From Eledone cirrhosa (lineage: Eukaryota): a stretch of 64,000 bases of DNA. The stretch is from the NCBI GenBank assembly GCA_964016885.1, contig OZ024741.1, positions 97,650,001-97,714,000 on the forward strand, read 5' to 3'. A program made the position numbers and the translations under genes. Shown here piece by piece: positions 26,846 through 42,269 of the stretch (within the stretch, counting starts at the first letter, position 1; every line of letters begins with the position of its first letter). The notes under the pieces were generated by a model. It worked only from the letters and a program-made list of their open reading frames with translations, was not told the DNA's origin and did not search any database.

Positions 26846-27784
26846 TTACATTCGCTATAATTAGCATGCAATTCCTACTTTTTGTTTTATTTTACTTTCT
26901 TTGCTTCATTAAAGCTGTTCTTATACTACATGCAACAAAAGAATTTAAAAAATATATATTTATCTATTTATAATTATTTATAATGTTTCTAATTTATTCG
27001 TCACACTTTTTCATTAGTGCCACATCTTATGCTGTAATTTTTATCTTCCTCCCCACGTTATTGATAATTCCCCGGATTCAAAATGTTAATATATAAGTGC
27101 ATATGGCCCTTGACATTTTTAAATTACCACAACCTGCGAAAATGAATGACTGGGCTAGGTGTGAGTGGTAGGTATGTGGCTCTTACTTAAATAATTCCGG
27201 TTGCAGGTGGAAGGGGTAGTTAAGAGTGGAATTTAAAACAAGAACTTTTTTCGATGACATATTTTCTAAGTCGCTGAATTAAATGCCGCGAAAGATACGT
27301 CTCAAGTCTACACGCAAAAGGGTAGAAATAAATTAGATACATTCTTCCTAGCATGTTTAATACACCTTATAACTCTAGTAATAATCATGGATTTCTATAC
27401 TATAAATGCGTTTTTATAAATGGCATTAATAAAAATATCAGCGATTTGGTTTGATAACATTTTTCTCAAGACTTCTCAAGTAAATTAATTAAGGTGACTG
27501 CCTGAATATCTAATATCAAAGTACTGCTAACGTTTATGGCAGACATGAAAATCCCATGGAATGTTTCATATTTACATATTTGACATGTCCTCGGAGGTTC
27601 CCTTAAGAGAATTCAATTAATATGCGCTTAATATATGATTTTTCTTATTTCATCAACTATTTCGGTAATTATTACAGAATGATTAGATATAAAGATTGAT
27701 CCAACTTTAATTAAAAGTGATGTGATTGAAACTGATGTATTTCTATATAGATACTTACACAAACATTAAACATGTTTTAAGACT

Positions 27785-27826
<42 letters not shown>

Positions 27827-27833
27827 ATATATG

Positions 27834-27959
<126 letters not shown>

Positions 27960-28351
27960 ATAAGTGTTTGACTGTGTTTGCAGAAATTAATGTAATGATA
28001 TTTAGTATTATATTTTCATTTAATGTGTATAGACTTAAAGGATGAAGAATAATCTTTTCAATCGATATACCTTATGAGACATTTGAGCAATTGGTCTTGC
28101 CCCGGAAAACAGGGGATCTATTTGTCATAATGGATTCAAGATATTCCAGTCCAGTTGTATCCATATGCTACAAGAAACAACAGGAAGGAGAAAACCATTA
28201 TCCAGTAAATCTCATTCTCGTATTGTCTGTGGACTTGTTTGCCAATTCTTGGCAGGTCTAAAAGATTATGCCCTATAAATATCTAAACTGAATGAATAGA
28301 ATAGGTTGTTTCGATCCACATACGTCGTAATCGACGGGATAGTCTATCGTA

Positions 28352-28388
<37 letters not shown>

Positions 28389-30213
28389 GCACGCATACAC
28401 ACACATACACACTCACATACACACACATACACACATACACTCACACACACACATTCACACACACACACATATATATATATATATAGGTACTGACACTTTA
28501 TATTATATATATACATTTGTATGTATGCATGTACGTATGTATGTATAAACTTATATGTGTAAGTGTGTGAATGTATAAAGAGAGGTGATGTATCTTTCAT
28601 TTAAGAGCTTCTCAAGTCACCGTATTAAAATACTGTATTGGATTGAAAAAAAAAAACTAATACGAGGAATATGCAATAATATAACCCCCACTGCGTGTCT
28701 TTGTCCAAACAGCACCTGCTGAAACGGAGTATCATAAATGTAAAAGTTACCTTTCTCAAAGTAAGTTTAATAAGAATTCTAGCTTATGTAATCTGAGTGC
28801 CTGAGTGGAGATACTTGTTCAACAGTCGCATATTTTTAGAGGATATATTATAATTGTTTCTACTTTTGGCACAATGTCAGCAATTATCCCAGTGTCATTT
28901 TTAATAAAGCTGATTATTTTATTGTTCTAGTTTGTTATTTGTTAAGCTAACATTGAATTATTAACAGAATAAGTTGCCTATCATCTTATGAACATTCTTC
29001 TATAAATCATGAGGCAACAATTAATTTAGTTATCCAACGTACATTAGACTAGCATCTGAAGGTAAATAAAGATCAACGATAATTTCCTTCTACATATATA
29101 TAAATATAAAGTGAAATATTCTCTTAACTATTTTTCTCGTGTATTCAAATGATCTCTGAAAATAATCCTTCTTAAATTATGACAGAGAAATCGTTGAACA
29201 CACTCAATGTTGCCATGTCCTTTACTAAAGTGTGCAATAAAAATAAAGAGAAGTAGCAAAAGACGTTTTATTCCACTATGCAAACTATATCGGCATATAT
29301 GATCCTGGTCTTAATTCATGTTTGCTGCCAGTAAGACTATGTTAAGAAAAAGTATATGGTTAATTTCCTTGTTTCATAAACAGAGCACACAACTAGAAAA
29401 TAATTTCTGAAGTTCACAAGGGATTCAATCAAAACTCAGCTCCATCTGGCGTTTGTTGTAATATTTTGCTAACGAGACGAACGGTGTGTGAAAACATTAT
29501 TTTGTTAAACATTGATAATATACAGACATACTCGTGCGCATGCACAGATATATGTCGTAACAGATCATCCCATATTCACCAACTATATTTCAGGGTGTGG
29601 TATGAAGATTCATAAAGAAAGAAATACCGTGTATCAGTATATATTTCACTGTGTGAAGGAATAATGGTCTTTGTGTATGTGTATAAATATATATTTATAG
29701 ATATGTGTGAAAGCTCATTCGTGTGCTTCTACTCGTACAATCGACTTATATGTAAGTTTTTTCCCCTCTATTTCCCCTACTACATAGGAAACACATTTTT
29801 CTTCATTTTCATTTCTATTGAATTTTCTATTCCATTCAAGTGGCCATAATTATGATGGATTTTAGTAATTATTATTCCTTTTTAAACATCGATAAATGTT
29901 CAAAAGATTGTGAAAAAACTAACAAATAAATATATTCATATCTTTTCTCCTACAGTTAAGTGTGTATTGCCTGACAAAGTTCCACAGCTAAACAGAAGTA
30001 TAATTATTTTCGAACTACTCACATGTAACAAATTAGAAGTTAAATCCAATTAAAAGATAAATCTACTTGCATGCTAAAATATTATACACGTACACGCACA
30101 AACGTGAAAACACGCACCAACATACACATACACGCAGGAGGAACATGCGCACCGTCATGCAGGCCCTTAATTCCATCGTATCTATCTCTACGTCTCTCTG
30201 CCCTCTATCCCAT

Positions 30214-30385
<172 letters not shown>

Positions 30386-30794
30386 ATCGATCTACACCAT
30401 TATTTGTGTTTTATTTTTTCTTATTTGAAAGATTCCGATTGAATTATTTTCTCTGCAAAAAAAAAAATTAAAGAAAGAAATACATCACAAAACACAAACA
30501 CATACAGACATATATATATATACGTATGTATATACGCACACACTCACACAAAAATACGTGCACACATACACTTACACACACATATATATCTATATATATG
30601 ACAGAGAGTATATTTATATATATTAGTTAAATACACGTATGTTTCTAAGAACAAAAACGTAAGAATGAAATTGAAAATACGTTGCCATATATCTGTATTT
30701 AACATTATACACACACACATACAGACACACACATACACACACACACATACACACATACATACGCACACACACACACACGCACACACACATACAC

Positions 30795-30827
<33 letters not shown>

Positions 30828-31914
30828 CAGAGAGAGAGAGAGACAGAGAGAGAGAAATAGAGAGAGAGAGTATAACCGAAGTAGCAGCTGCACAGTTGCA
30901 AATCAAATGAACAATAGAATTATCAGAGGCTGTCACGAAGCACTCAATGTGTGAGTACTTGATTAATTTCTCCTCAGAGTAAACACAAAAAGATAAGTAT
31001 TAGTGACTTATGAATAAATCGACCAGGGGCATCTTGCCACAGCAATACAACAACAACGTTATATACAAACAGGTCGAAGAACATACCTGGACCATCTCGA
31101 TAGATATGAATCGTTAAAATCAATAAAAAATCTTCGATATGTTTCTGGGAAGCTGGGGAGGAAGATTCCAGGTTGCGTAATGTATGCAAGCTAGTAATGC
31201 ACCTTATGATGGAACGGGGATATCCTTTCGTCAACAGGTTTTACGTTCCATGTATCCGCTTTCTTCGGGTTCTAATTTTACTATGGAGCTAACCCACAAG
31301 GGCATGTGCAATCCACGTTCTTTTCAGTCGACTGTGATGCAGATTTAATTAATCAGGGCCGTTATAGAGTAACAAATACTTTGAAGGCCATATGCAGATG
31401 TATTCAGGTTTATTTTCAGTTTTATTTTCAACTCCATCATACACATTTTGCTGATGTCGAAACCTCAATAATTTTCTTGCTACCCATTCCACCGGCATGC
31501 GCTAGTCAGATGACATAACATTATTTAAAACAATTTCACACAACTTAAATTGTTTTTTTCCGTTTTTCCAAAGGTTTCAAGAAGATCACTTCAAAGAAGA
31601 ATTCCCAACTAATCAACTTTATTTAAAATGACTGTCGCCGCAAAATATGAAGTTATTATAGATTATATATGTAGAGAGATATATAAAAGTATGTTCTACA
31701 TTGCAGCGCATATCTAAAGACAATTCCTCTGATGAGTACCTCCCCGTCTCCCGTTGGTTTTTATCGGAATGGATAATTAGTGAAAGATTATCTATTGCTT
31801 GGATCGATTTCCACAAGCCTAATGTTCAGATTAAAAACAGTACAGTCGGGAATATCGCTACGTTCACCTTAAGTGTGTATGTACAAAATAGTATGTGGTT
31901 CTCCAACGATATAA

Positions 31915-31999
<85 letters not shown>

Positions 32000-32176
32000 T
32001 CTATATCTCTCTCCCTCTCTCACTCTTTCTCCAAAACATATCTTTTGAATTTGAAGTGTTGATGCTCTGAACTAAGGTTCATTGACCATATTTAAAGAAA
32101 AACACTGTTATCATACATATTAAATATGTTTTTAATTCCTGTACACTATAATATATATATATATATATAATATATA

Positions 32177-32212
<36 letters not shown>

Positions 32213-32213
32213 A

Positions 32214-32269
<56 letters not shown>

Positions 32270-32272
<3 letters not shown>

Positions 32273-32890
32273 AAGTTTAGTAAAATCGAAGCTTTGACTG
32301 GTCGACCTACAATATGAATGAGTTAGCAGAGCACTCAATAAGGGCAGGCCCTTAGAGTAACAACGTACGTTTAAATAGCTTGACAAATTGAACATTGTGG
32401 TAGGCAAAACCTAACACACAATACCAAAGCAACGAAAAAACTAACAGATTAAAAAAGAAACACCTGGACAAATTAAACGATATACGTTTAAAGTGTTTCT
32501 GTGAAACCGAAATCAAATATCTGACTTACGTAACAGGCACGCTCCTGGTATTCCATAACGAACAGAGGATTCATTTCATCAACAGGAGATCCGTTCTCTC
32601 TAAAAGCGAGGTCGATTCTAAATGCTGCTGTATGAGCTAGCTGATGTACATTTAGTTATCACGTGTTATTTCCAACAAAGGAAGCAGCCTCCGGTTTTGG
32701 CGGGTAGATTCGAAGTGTTAAACGAAGGAAATATTATAATTTCCGCTAACATTCAGAATGAAGCTCTCAACCAGATGTATTAAACAAACACAAATAATTA
32801 CAATCAACAGAATTGTCTAATTAAATTAATTAGTTAATTATTCAATCTAAGAGAAAATAATACATGTGGAAGCTTAGTAAAGTCGAAGTC
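32270..32890 (-). mobile_element. Second copy of the ~600-bp terminal-repeat element (cf. 14085-14793)
   Basis: Colinear similarity; GGAAG(T/C)TTAGTAAA repeated at 32271 and 32868. Confidence 0.7.
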
Positions 32891-32894
32891 ACCG

Positions 32895-33520
32895 ATCCTT
32901 TAAATCACGCCGTTCCATATCAGATGGTCAGTGCCAACATGTGCTTTGAACTCTCTTATCAGGTTATATGAGTGAGTATTATCTACATCTAACGCTGCAG
33001 TGTCTCCATAAAGAAAGGATCTGTATTCGGACTCCTTCCATAAAGTTACCCCCCAGAGACCTATCTCTCAGCATATGCTTCATAAAGCACATCATCCCTC
33101 CAAATGGGATCCAGTGCATAACACATACTGTCTGCCGGGGGCTTGTGAGTATCTCCACTCCCCGTTTGTGAAGTAATTTCTGGAGCCACACTTGTCCTCC
33201 ATCCAAATCTACAGTATCAGAGCCTCGGAAATTTGTTAAAGAAACACTGACTATGTATAGCTGTAATATCTGGCATCCTCAACTAGATCCTGCTCCTCAT
33301 CTGTAAGTTTAAAGTTCCAATTATCGCACTCTCTTTGTGTTATCGGGAATCGCCAGTTTTTACGGCATGAAATTGAGAATGCAATACATTTTATTTTCGT
33401 ACAGGCTCCTGTACATAAGGCCTGAACACGTTTTCTGTTAAAACGCGCAAAGCACGGTGCGTATGGTTCTTTTTTTCTTCCTCTCACCATATTGCAGTTT
33501 TGGTTATCCCCTCTGTTCAA
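32895..33520 (-). pseudogene. Decayed RTE-clade LINE apurinic endonuclease fragment
   Basis: NWNFKLTDEEQDLVEDARYY, VDLDGG...GVEILTSPR, LIREFKAHVGTDHLIWNGVI (decayed GDFNAHVG...W.GVIG). Confidence 0.75.
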
Positions 33521-34283
33521 ATTTGAGATGGCAGCGAGGTGATTTGACTGCTAATTGCAACTAATATAACAATCACGTAAAGATTAACTCTCTTGCTCCT
33601 ATGTCTTCTGATTTCTCTACAAAAATTAACCTCGTAATTAATAGAATATAAATTTCCAACGGATATTGAAATTGTTGTAAAGACTCTATTCTTCAACTCA
33701 GTTCATACAACTTTAAAATACTTAGTGAGTAAATAGCAAGAGCTAGATAGAAAGAATTATAACTAAACGGCTTCTGATTTTGTTCATTTGAATGAAGAAA
33801 CACGTAATTGTTTGTAAAACACGAATGATATAACATAAACTTGAGTAAGTTATTAAAAACTGTTGGACAATTTGAGAATGATAATGCAATTTCTATGTGT
33901 CGAATAATGTGTCGAATAATGACACAACGTTTACATATTCCTTCCAATATAAGGAAATATTGAGCCATGCGACAAACATGCAAAATTCGGTGTGACAACA
34001 TAATGAATGTTCAGAGAACCTGCGAGTACATATTAACCACAGAAATCAGAACTGTGATAATCAAGTGAAAAGAAACAATTAATCTCCAAATGAAGTTGAT
34101 TATATCATCGTATACACAGAGGAAGTTGAGAAAATAGTCACAGACACCCACAGGCGTGCATCACTCATATATATATGAATCTTTGGGGTCCTGAATCTGT
34201 TCATATTACCCATTCTACTTCCCCAAGTATAGAGTGCTCAGGTGCGTTATGGTCCACTTGGTAGCTTACCACACCCTCCTTGT

Positions 34284-34334
<51 letters not shown>

Positions 34335-34807
34335 ATATGTGCGTGTGTGAGTGTATGTGTGTCCGGTAGTGTGTGAGATATAATGTTTGCTTATTTAGGA
34401 ATTTATAAATGTATATGTCTCTGTGGATATACATACCTGTTTCTGTGTGTGTGCTTAAGTGTATGAAAATATTGATTGGTTGTTTGGGTATATCATTTCT
34501 GTTTGTGTTCAAATCTCGAAATCGGAAAATCTAAACGGAAAACATAAACATTTTACTTGTAATAAGCAGAGAATTGGTCGGGAACCATCACAAAACATCC
34601 ATAAATTGATACTTTAGCATTTCCGCACAGGTGGTTGTATCAGCATGCGGTGCAAACATGAAGAGGCTTTAGTGAAAGACAGTAGAGTATGTTAAACGGT
34701 TCAATGAGTAAAAGAGATGAGAAATATACCAATAAAGATTTAATGTTAATAGTGTTGATGAGAGCATTAACGATGACAATTCATACAAAATTACAATAAC
34801 AGTCTTA

Positions 34808-34872
<65 letters not shown>

Positions 34873-34979
34873 CACTGCACCTGCTGCTGCTGCTACTGCT
34901 GCTACTACTACTACTATGCTAATGCTACTGATGCTAGTAATCCTCCACTACTTCTACTATTTTCGCCACATCAACAAAT

Positions 34980-37068
34980 AATTCTTTCTACTTTTGGCAC
35001 AAGGCCAGCCATTTCCCAGTGCATTACTGGTACTTTATTTTATCGACCCCGTAAGGATGAAAGGCAAAGTTAACTTCGACGGGATTTGAACTCAGAACGT
35101 AAAGGGACGTAACTATGCTGGAAAGCATGGGGTCCGACCCTCTACCGATACTGCCAATTCACCGCCACATCAACAAATAATTGTTTCTATGTTAGGCACA
35201 AGGCCAGCAATTAACCAGTGCATTACTGGTACTTTATTTTATCGACCCCGTAAGGATGAAAGGCAAAGTTAACCTTGGTGGGATTTGAACTCAGATTGGC
35301 AAGGGCCGTAACTGTATACGTCAAAGCATGGCGTCCGACCCTCTACCAATACTGCCAATCCACCGTCGCATCAACAAATAATGTCACAACAATAACAGCA
35401 GTGACAACATCAACTAAAAGAACGTTAATATAGTAATTTCTACATTTTTGGCATAAGGCCAACAATTACCCCAGTGCATTACTGGTGCTTTATTTTATCG
35501 ACCCCGTAAGATGAAAGGCAAAGTTAACCTTGGTGGGATTTGAACTCAGATTGGCAAGGGCCGTAACTGTATACGTCAAAGCATGGCGTCCGACCCTCTA
35601 CCAATACTGCCAATCCACCGTCGCATCAACAAATAATGTCACAACAATAACAGCAGTGACAACATCAACTAAAAGAACGTTAATATAGTAATTTCTACAT
35701 TTTTTGGCATAAGGCCAACAATTACACCAGTGCATTACTGGTGCTTTATTTTATCGACCCCGTAAGGATGAAAGGCAAAGTTAACCTTGGTGGGATTTGA
35801 ACTCAGATTGGCAAGGGCCGTAACTGTATACGTCAAAGCATGGCGTCCGACCCTCTACCAATACTGCCAATCCACCGTCGCATCAACAAATAATGTCACA
35901 ACAATAACAGCAGTGACAACATCAACTAAAAGAACGTTAATATAGTAATTTCTACATTTTTTGGCATAAGGCCAACAATTACCCCAGTGCATTACTGGTG
36001 CTTTATTTTATCGACCCCGTAACGAGGAAAGGTAAAATTAGCCTCGGCGGGATTTGAACTCATAGCATAACTGGCCATAACTCTGTGGGGCAAAGCATGA
36101 TGTTTGAAGCTCGAGCGTTACTGGCAATCTACCGTTCTAATAAAATTAATAATTGTTTTTACTTTTGGCACAAGGCCAGTAATTATTCCAGTACGTTACT
36201 GGTACTTTATTTTATCGACCCCGTAAGGATGAAAAGCAAGGTTTATCCTTGGCGGGATTCGAACTCAGAACGTAAACGGACGTATCTATGCTTTAAAGCA
36301 TGGCGTCCGATCCTCTACCGATACTGCCACTTCACCTCCCTTAATAGTTGTTTTTATTGGCCACAAAAGCTGACATATAGGAGACAATACCTTAGACAGG
36401 GACAGTGAGAGAATCATGGATTCTGATATAGACACAAGGCCAGTAATTTTGGTGAGAGGGGAAAGTCGATTAAATCGACCCCAAAATGTGATTGGTACTT
36501 TATTTTATTGAACCTGGGATTTGAACTCAAAACGAAAAGCACCGCAAATTTATGCCGCGAAGCAGGGTGTCGGACGTCCCAAACGATACTACCAATCCAC
36601 CCAATAATTGTTTCTACTTTAGGCACAAAGCCAGCAATTATCCAGTGCATTACTGGCACTTTATTTTATCGACCCCGTAAGGATGAAAGGCAAAGTCAAC
36701 CTCGGCGGGATTTGAACTCAGATCGTAAAGGGACGTAACTATGCTGGAAAGCATGGCGTCCGACCCTCTACCGATACTGCCAATCCACCGCCCTTCCAAT
36801 CCACCCAATAATGATGACGAAGATGATGATCCCAACGATGAATATATTGCTGAAGGAGATAATGATGGTGGTGATACTGATGATAATTGTTTCTACTATT
36901 GGCACAAGGCCAGCAATTATACTAGTGTATTACTGGTACTTTATTTTGTCCACCCGAAAGGATGAAAGGCAAAGTTAACCACGGCGGGATTTGAACGCAG
37001 ACCATGAACACAGACCAACTCTATGCTAGAAAACATGGCGTCCGACCCTCTACCGATACTGCCAATCA
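34980..37068 (-). mobile_element. Cluster of ~9 co-oriented Nin/Deu SINEs including a ~256-bp x3 tandem amplification
   Basis: Repeated SINE core; spacer CACAACAATAACAGCAGTGACAACATC at ~35385, 35640, 35897. Confidence 0.9.
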
Positions 37069-37190
37069 TTGATGATTGTAATGGCAATAATAATCGTGCT
37101 AGGAAGATAAAAGGAAACACCAAAAAAAATGAAAACAATTTGAATTTCAAAAGCAAAGGAATGCTACATGGACACCAGTTGTAGTAGCAA

Positions 37191-37258
<68 letters not shown>

Positions 37259-37477
37259 TTCTAACGAAGAGTTGCAATTTTGTTTCTTCTCTTACGTTAT
37301 TTTCCGTGGTGAGTTGACGGCGAGAAAGAGAAAACTGGTTGTACAACTAGCGTATCAACATTTTGCAACTACACCCCGTCCAACATACACATTTATGTAA
37401 ATATATGGAATACATATATATATATAGACACACACACACAGACACACATACAATTAATATATATATAAGTCACATGT

Positions 37478-37546
<69 letters not shown>

Positions 37547-38211
37547 TATATATATACATGTAATATATGTATACATATGACATATATATATATATATATT
37601 AAGAGTATGTGTATCTGTGTGTGTCTATGTGTCTGTCTCTCTCACTCTCTCTCTCTCTCTCTCTCACCCCTCTCTCTCTCTCTCTCTCTCTCCCTCTCTC
37701 TCTCGCTCTCTCTCTCTCTCTGTATCGCATATACAAATATATAAACATATGTGTATTTCTTTGTGCATGCGTATCTGTGAGTGGCTGGTTTTATGTGTAA
37801 TATATATTTATAAGAGTTATTGAAACGAAAGGAATATGACGCAAGCGATACAGTGAAATCGGTGTGTTTCGAATAGTTCTCCGCGTGCTGACTGGGAATA
37901 CGCAGTTGATTATCGGTATTAAATGCATCGGTGCTTTGCGGTGCAATAAAAACACGTGGAAATATGGAAATCTCTGCGTTCGTGCATAAGTTCAACGGAG
38001 ATTTGAAACCTGTGAGAAAGAAACGACAAACACAATCTTATACGCTCATGTTCACGCATGCACTTATATATGCACATATATGTGCATACATTTACATGTA
38101 CGTCTTTGCAAACGAAAACAAAAAAATTAGATATATGCTTAGATTATCTAGTTTTCTTTTCACATTTCGTATTTATTTTCGTTTTCTTTTATATGAATCT
38201 ATTTACATAAC

Positions 38212-38411
38212 NNNNNNNNNNNNNNNNNNNNNNNNNNNNNNNNNNNNNNNNNNNNNNNNNNNNNNNNNNNNNNNNNNNNNNNNNNNNNNNNNNNNNNNNN
38301 NNNNNNNNNNNNNNNNNNNNNNNNNNNNNNNNNNNNNNNNNNNNNNNNNNNNNNNNNNNNNNNNNNNNNNNNNNNNNNNNNNNNNNNNNNNNNNNNNNNN
38401 NNNNNNNNNNN
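38212..38411. other. Assembly gap (200 N)
   Basis: Run of N of round length. Confidence 1.
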
Positions 38412-38699
38412 ATAGAAGTGATCCATATCAACTGCATTGTCTTATTTTCTTTCCAAAGGCCTTGATTAAACAAAGGCGAAATTATTTCTTCTTCTCTCTT
38501 ATTTTTCTCCACCCGACACCCCTTAATGTTATTATCCGTCTTGAATTTGCCAGCATCGCCTCAGTTGATGTACGTTGTTCTTTCACCCACCTCATCCAGC
38601 AATACTATGTGTACATACACCTCCTGCACTATAAAACATAAACATAAACGAATCGCACTTATACACACAGTGACAGAGACCCGGAAACATGCACACGAT

Positions 38700-38778
<79 letters not shown>

Positions 38779-39004
38779 TATATATACATGTGTGTGTGTC
38801 TTTCTCTGTCTCCCTATGTCTGTATATATATATCATATGTTGACCAAGATACTCTCATGGAATGACGAAATGGGCCTGATTTGAACATAGAAACTGGAAA
38901 GAAACAGGAAGAGTTGAAATAAATGCATGCAAGATATCACTTTACTAGTTTCATTACTTTGTATTTAACGTATGAAACGTTCAGCCTAGCATTTTGTGTG
39001 CGTG

Positions 39005-39119
<115 letters not shown>

Positions 39120-39329
39120 TGGGTTCCCTCTCGTTATCGAGTATGGCCATTGTACGATACACCATTATTAATAATTATTAATTAATTCTATCGTCCAATG
39201 CCTGTGCGTGAATATATCTTTTTGTAGTGAGGAAATACTATGCACTGAGCCAATCCGACTCTATGAGCGACAGTAGCTATAACCTGAAAAGAAGAAAAGA
39301 TCAACATCATCGGTGACTACCGAGCTGCA

Positions 39330-39645
39330 GGTTTTATATCGGAGTTATCCCAGTTACCTGAGTTGCCTTCTCCTAGAAGAATGCCCTGACAAAGTCTAGG
39401 GGACCTTCACTCCCAGTGGTTTAACCGCGCGGTATATGTGTATATTCATATTTACACATTTTGGATGGCCGTTGACTCTTATGAGTTCTTCCGCCCTTTG
39501 TCAGGTTTTGTGTTTTGTCCTGCTGAGTGTCCAAAATCACCCTCCTCACCAAGTAAACTGGTGGGGTTGCCGGGTTTAGTCGCCAACGACCTGACCTGCG
39601 ACAGGTTGTACTGGGTTACATGTTACCAGTAGCACTCAAGAGTGA
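39330..39645 (-). mobile_element. Diverged relative of the 5' half of the (ATGT)n-tailed retroposon
   Basis: Reverse complement matches GCTACTGGTAACATGTA.CCCAGTAC...GGTGAGGAGGGTGA...CTAGGAGAAGG. Confidence 0.7.
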
Positions 39646-39653
39646 CACGACAT

Positions 39654-39732
<79 letters not shown>

Positions 39733-39838
39733 TACATACATAAATTTCAAAAGGAAGACATTATTAAAAGATTGTCAACATATTTTAGTTTGATGTAAGG
39801 AATGTAGAGAATAATAATAATAATAATAATAATAATAT

Positions 39839-39882
<44 letters not shown>

Positions 39883-42097
39883 AATAGGCAATGTTGTATT
39901 AGATTACATAAAATCATAGTTCGGCATTTTGGAAAATGTTACGGTTTTTCCTGAAAATCCCCAAACGACCACTGCGAAATCAATAATATCTCATTTTGGA
40001 AGAAAAACCTCAGTTATTCTCTCGATATGAAACATCGACGTAATGCTGGACTGATATAAAATTCATAGAGGTAGTTGTTATAATGCACTACTTCACTCTA
40101 TAACCGAATCTCTCGCATTTGAATGTAATTGTGCTGTTTCCAACGCTCATCGTAAGTTTGTAAAACCTACACACACAAACTCTCATATATATATGTATAC
40201 ACACACAGACATATGTGTGTGTGTATATACACAGGCATATGCATGTGTGTAGTGCGGAAGGTGTAGTTTGGCTGTCCCTAACCGATACACCAAGCATATA
40301 CATCATTTCCTCAGATATTCACATTATGTAATACGAACGTACTGTTACACAGGTCTTTTCTAGATTGCAAACATTTCATTCAGGCCAACTTCTGAAGTTT
40401 TTTTGTTTTGCTGACTGTAACTGCCTATTGACGAAGGTACGTTTTATAAGAGTGTCCCTACTGATTATGCTTCCATATAAACGAATTAACAGCTGTTGAT
40501 AAAACGCTCGTTTTATCAACAGCTGATTGTTGTTCGGTTTAGGCCGGTTAACCTTCATATAAAGGAATTTAGTTTGAGTGAGTTTAGCTCTTGAAGCGCA
40601 TTTTGTCTTTAGTTGATAAGTGATACGATTCAAGCAGTGTTAGGTAGGCTGATGTGGTGTGAGTAAGGGTCGTATTTTTTGTTGTGGTATGAAATTGTTG
40701 AAATGATGTTGCCTAGTTGGAGTCGAGCTCATTATAATATTATATGCATGTTTCGTATATATATTTAGGCAGCAAATTGAAGAGTCCTCAAGAATCCTCT
40801 CCCACTCTTGATTCTCTGCCGTATATCAATGCATAGGAAAAGTCGTAAAGTAAGTCAGGGCTCGCATGAGAGCAATAAGAATTCAGAACAAATCAATTGT
40901 TTGAAAGATGTTTTACCGAAGAGTAGCCCTTTAAAAATATCAAGAAGGTTCCTCGATATATTGGTATCGGGTTTTATCATACCAGATGAACTTCCTATTT
41001 CTGATTCATCTCAGAATAATGAATAATGAAGGCTTCTGCATATAGATTATGTTTTTCATTTTAGCCGACTTCTGGAGATATAGTCATGTGAAAACCTGGC
41101 AACATATTTACTATCGAAAAATGAATAGTATACTTGTCTGCTAAATAGTTAAAAATAAATTGTATTGGTTAAAGATATTAAAACTTATAGATTAAAGATT
41201 ATTTAGCTTAAGAACTAGTGACATGCCTTAGAACTATTTATATTTAGATATGTTATATTTAAGTTATGCATCTTCAATATGTTTATCCGTTCTTTTCTAA
41301 ATCTATGCGTTCTTTCACACATCATATTGCATGTGAAGAATACTGTCATCTTTGTGGAAATCTTTGTGAATGTCCTTTTCTTGAGCTTGTCAAAAATATA
41401 TAAGGTCTACCAATCAGTGCCGGCGCAGCGTCCAACGGAGTCATCATAAAATAGGTAAACTTAATCATGTTTACACTGTAGCAAAAGCAATGTTTAACAA
41501 TGACAAGCCATTCTAATATCTAGGTTCCTTTTCTGAGCATTTGTTTTCTAAAACAAGACCCTTCCTGAATTAACTTCAATATAGAGGGACACAATAATCA
41601 CGATGCAAAATTAGCTAAAATTGCCTTTCTTTTTGCAGTGGAATCATGTTGTTTCGGCAAAGGTTTCATTGATCTAATCTTGTCATACTTATAATCTTCA
41701 TGTTGATAACATCGGGAATGCAGTTGCTAACTACAGTATTCCTATTCACTTACGGAGGGATGAATTTGTTAAAATTTACCGGTTGAAGAAAAATAAAGAA
41801 TGCCATATCTAAATATAATACAGAATGTTCACCGTATTCCTATATATTATAAAGAGAATAATACTTTCTCTTGTATCGTAATTAAGTGTCGCGACTGGAT
41901 TTCTTGTAGGATGTTAATATGTTCGTTGCACGACTAGTCTAGGAGGCCAACCCCGGCCTACATATGCTCTCGCTTCAGTTTGCAAAGATATATGTGATAG
42001 ATGACTTCTAAATGTGCACCATGAATTTCTTGGCTCAGAAAATGTTCAATTGACCAGTCATAATATATGTATATAAGTATGTATGTATATGTTCATG

Positions 42098-42171
<74 letters not shown>

Positions 42172-42195
42172 TTTAAATATGAATATATGTTTATA

Positions 42196-42240
<45 letters not shown>

Positions 42241-42269
42241 GGAGGAGGTTATAGTTCACTTGAAGCATT

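Noticed and set aside
29941-30000. Plus-strand splice acceptor TCTTTTCTCCTACAG
   Set aside because: No good donor or recognisable coding frame.
31729-31797. CTGATGAG...GAAAGATTATCTA hammerhead candidate
   Set aside because: No convincing stem I or stem II pairing.
35180-36136. CRISPR-like repeat-spacer pattern
   Set aside because: Eukaryotic SINE tandem with identical spacers and ~190-bp repeats; no cas genes.
37931-38641. 236-aa ORF
   Set aside because: Artefact of reading through the N gap.
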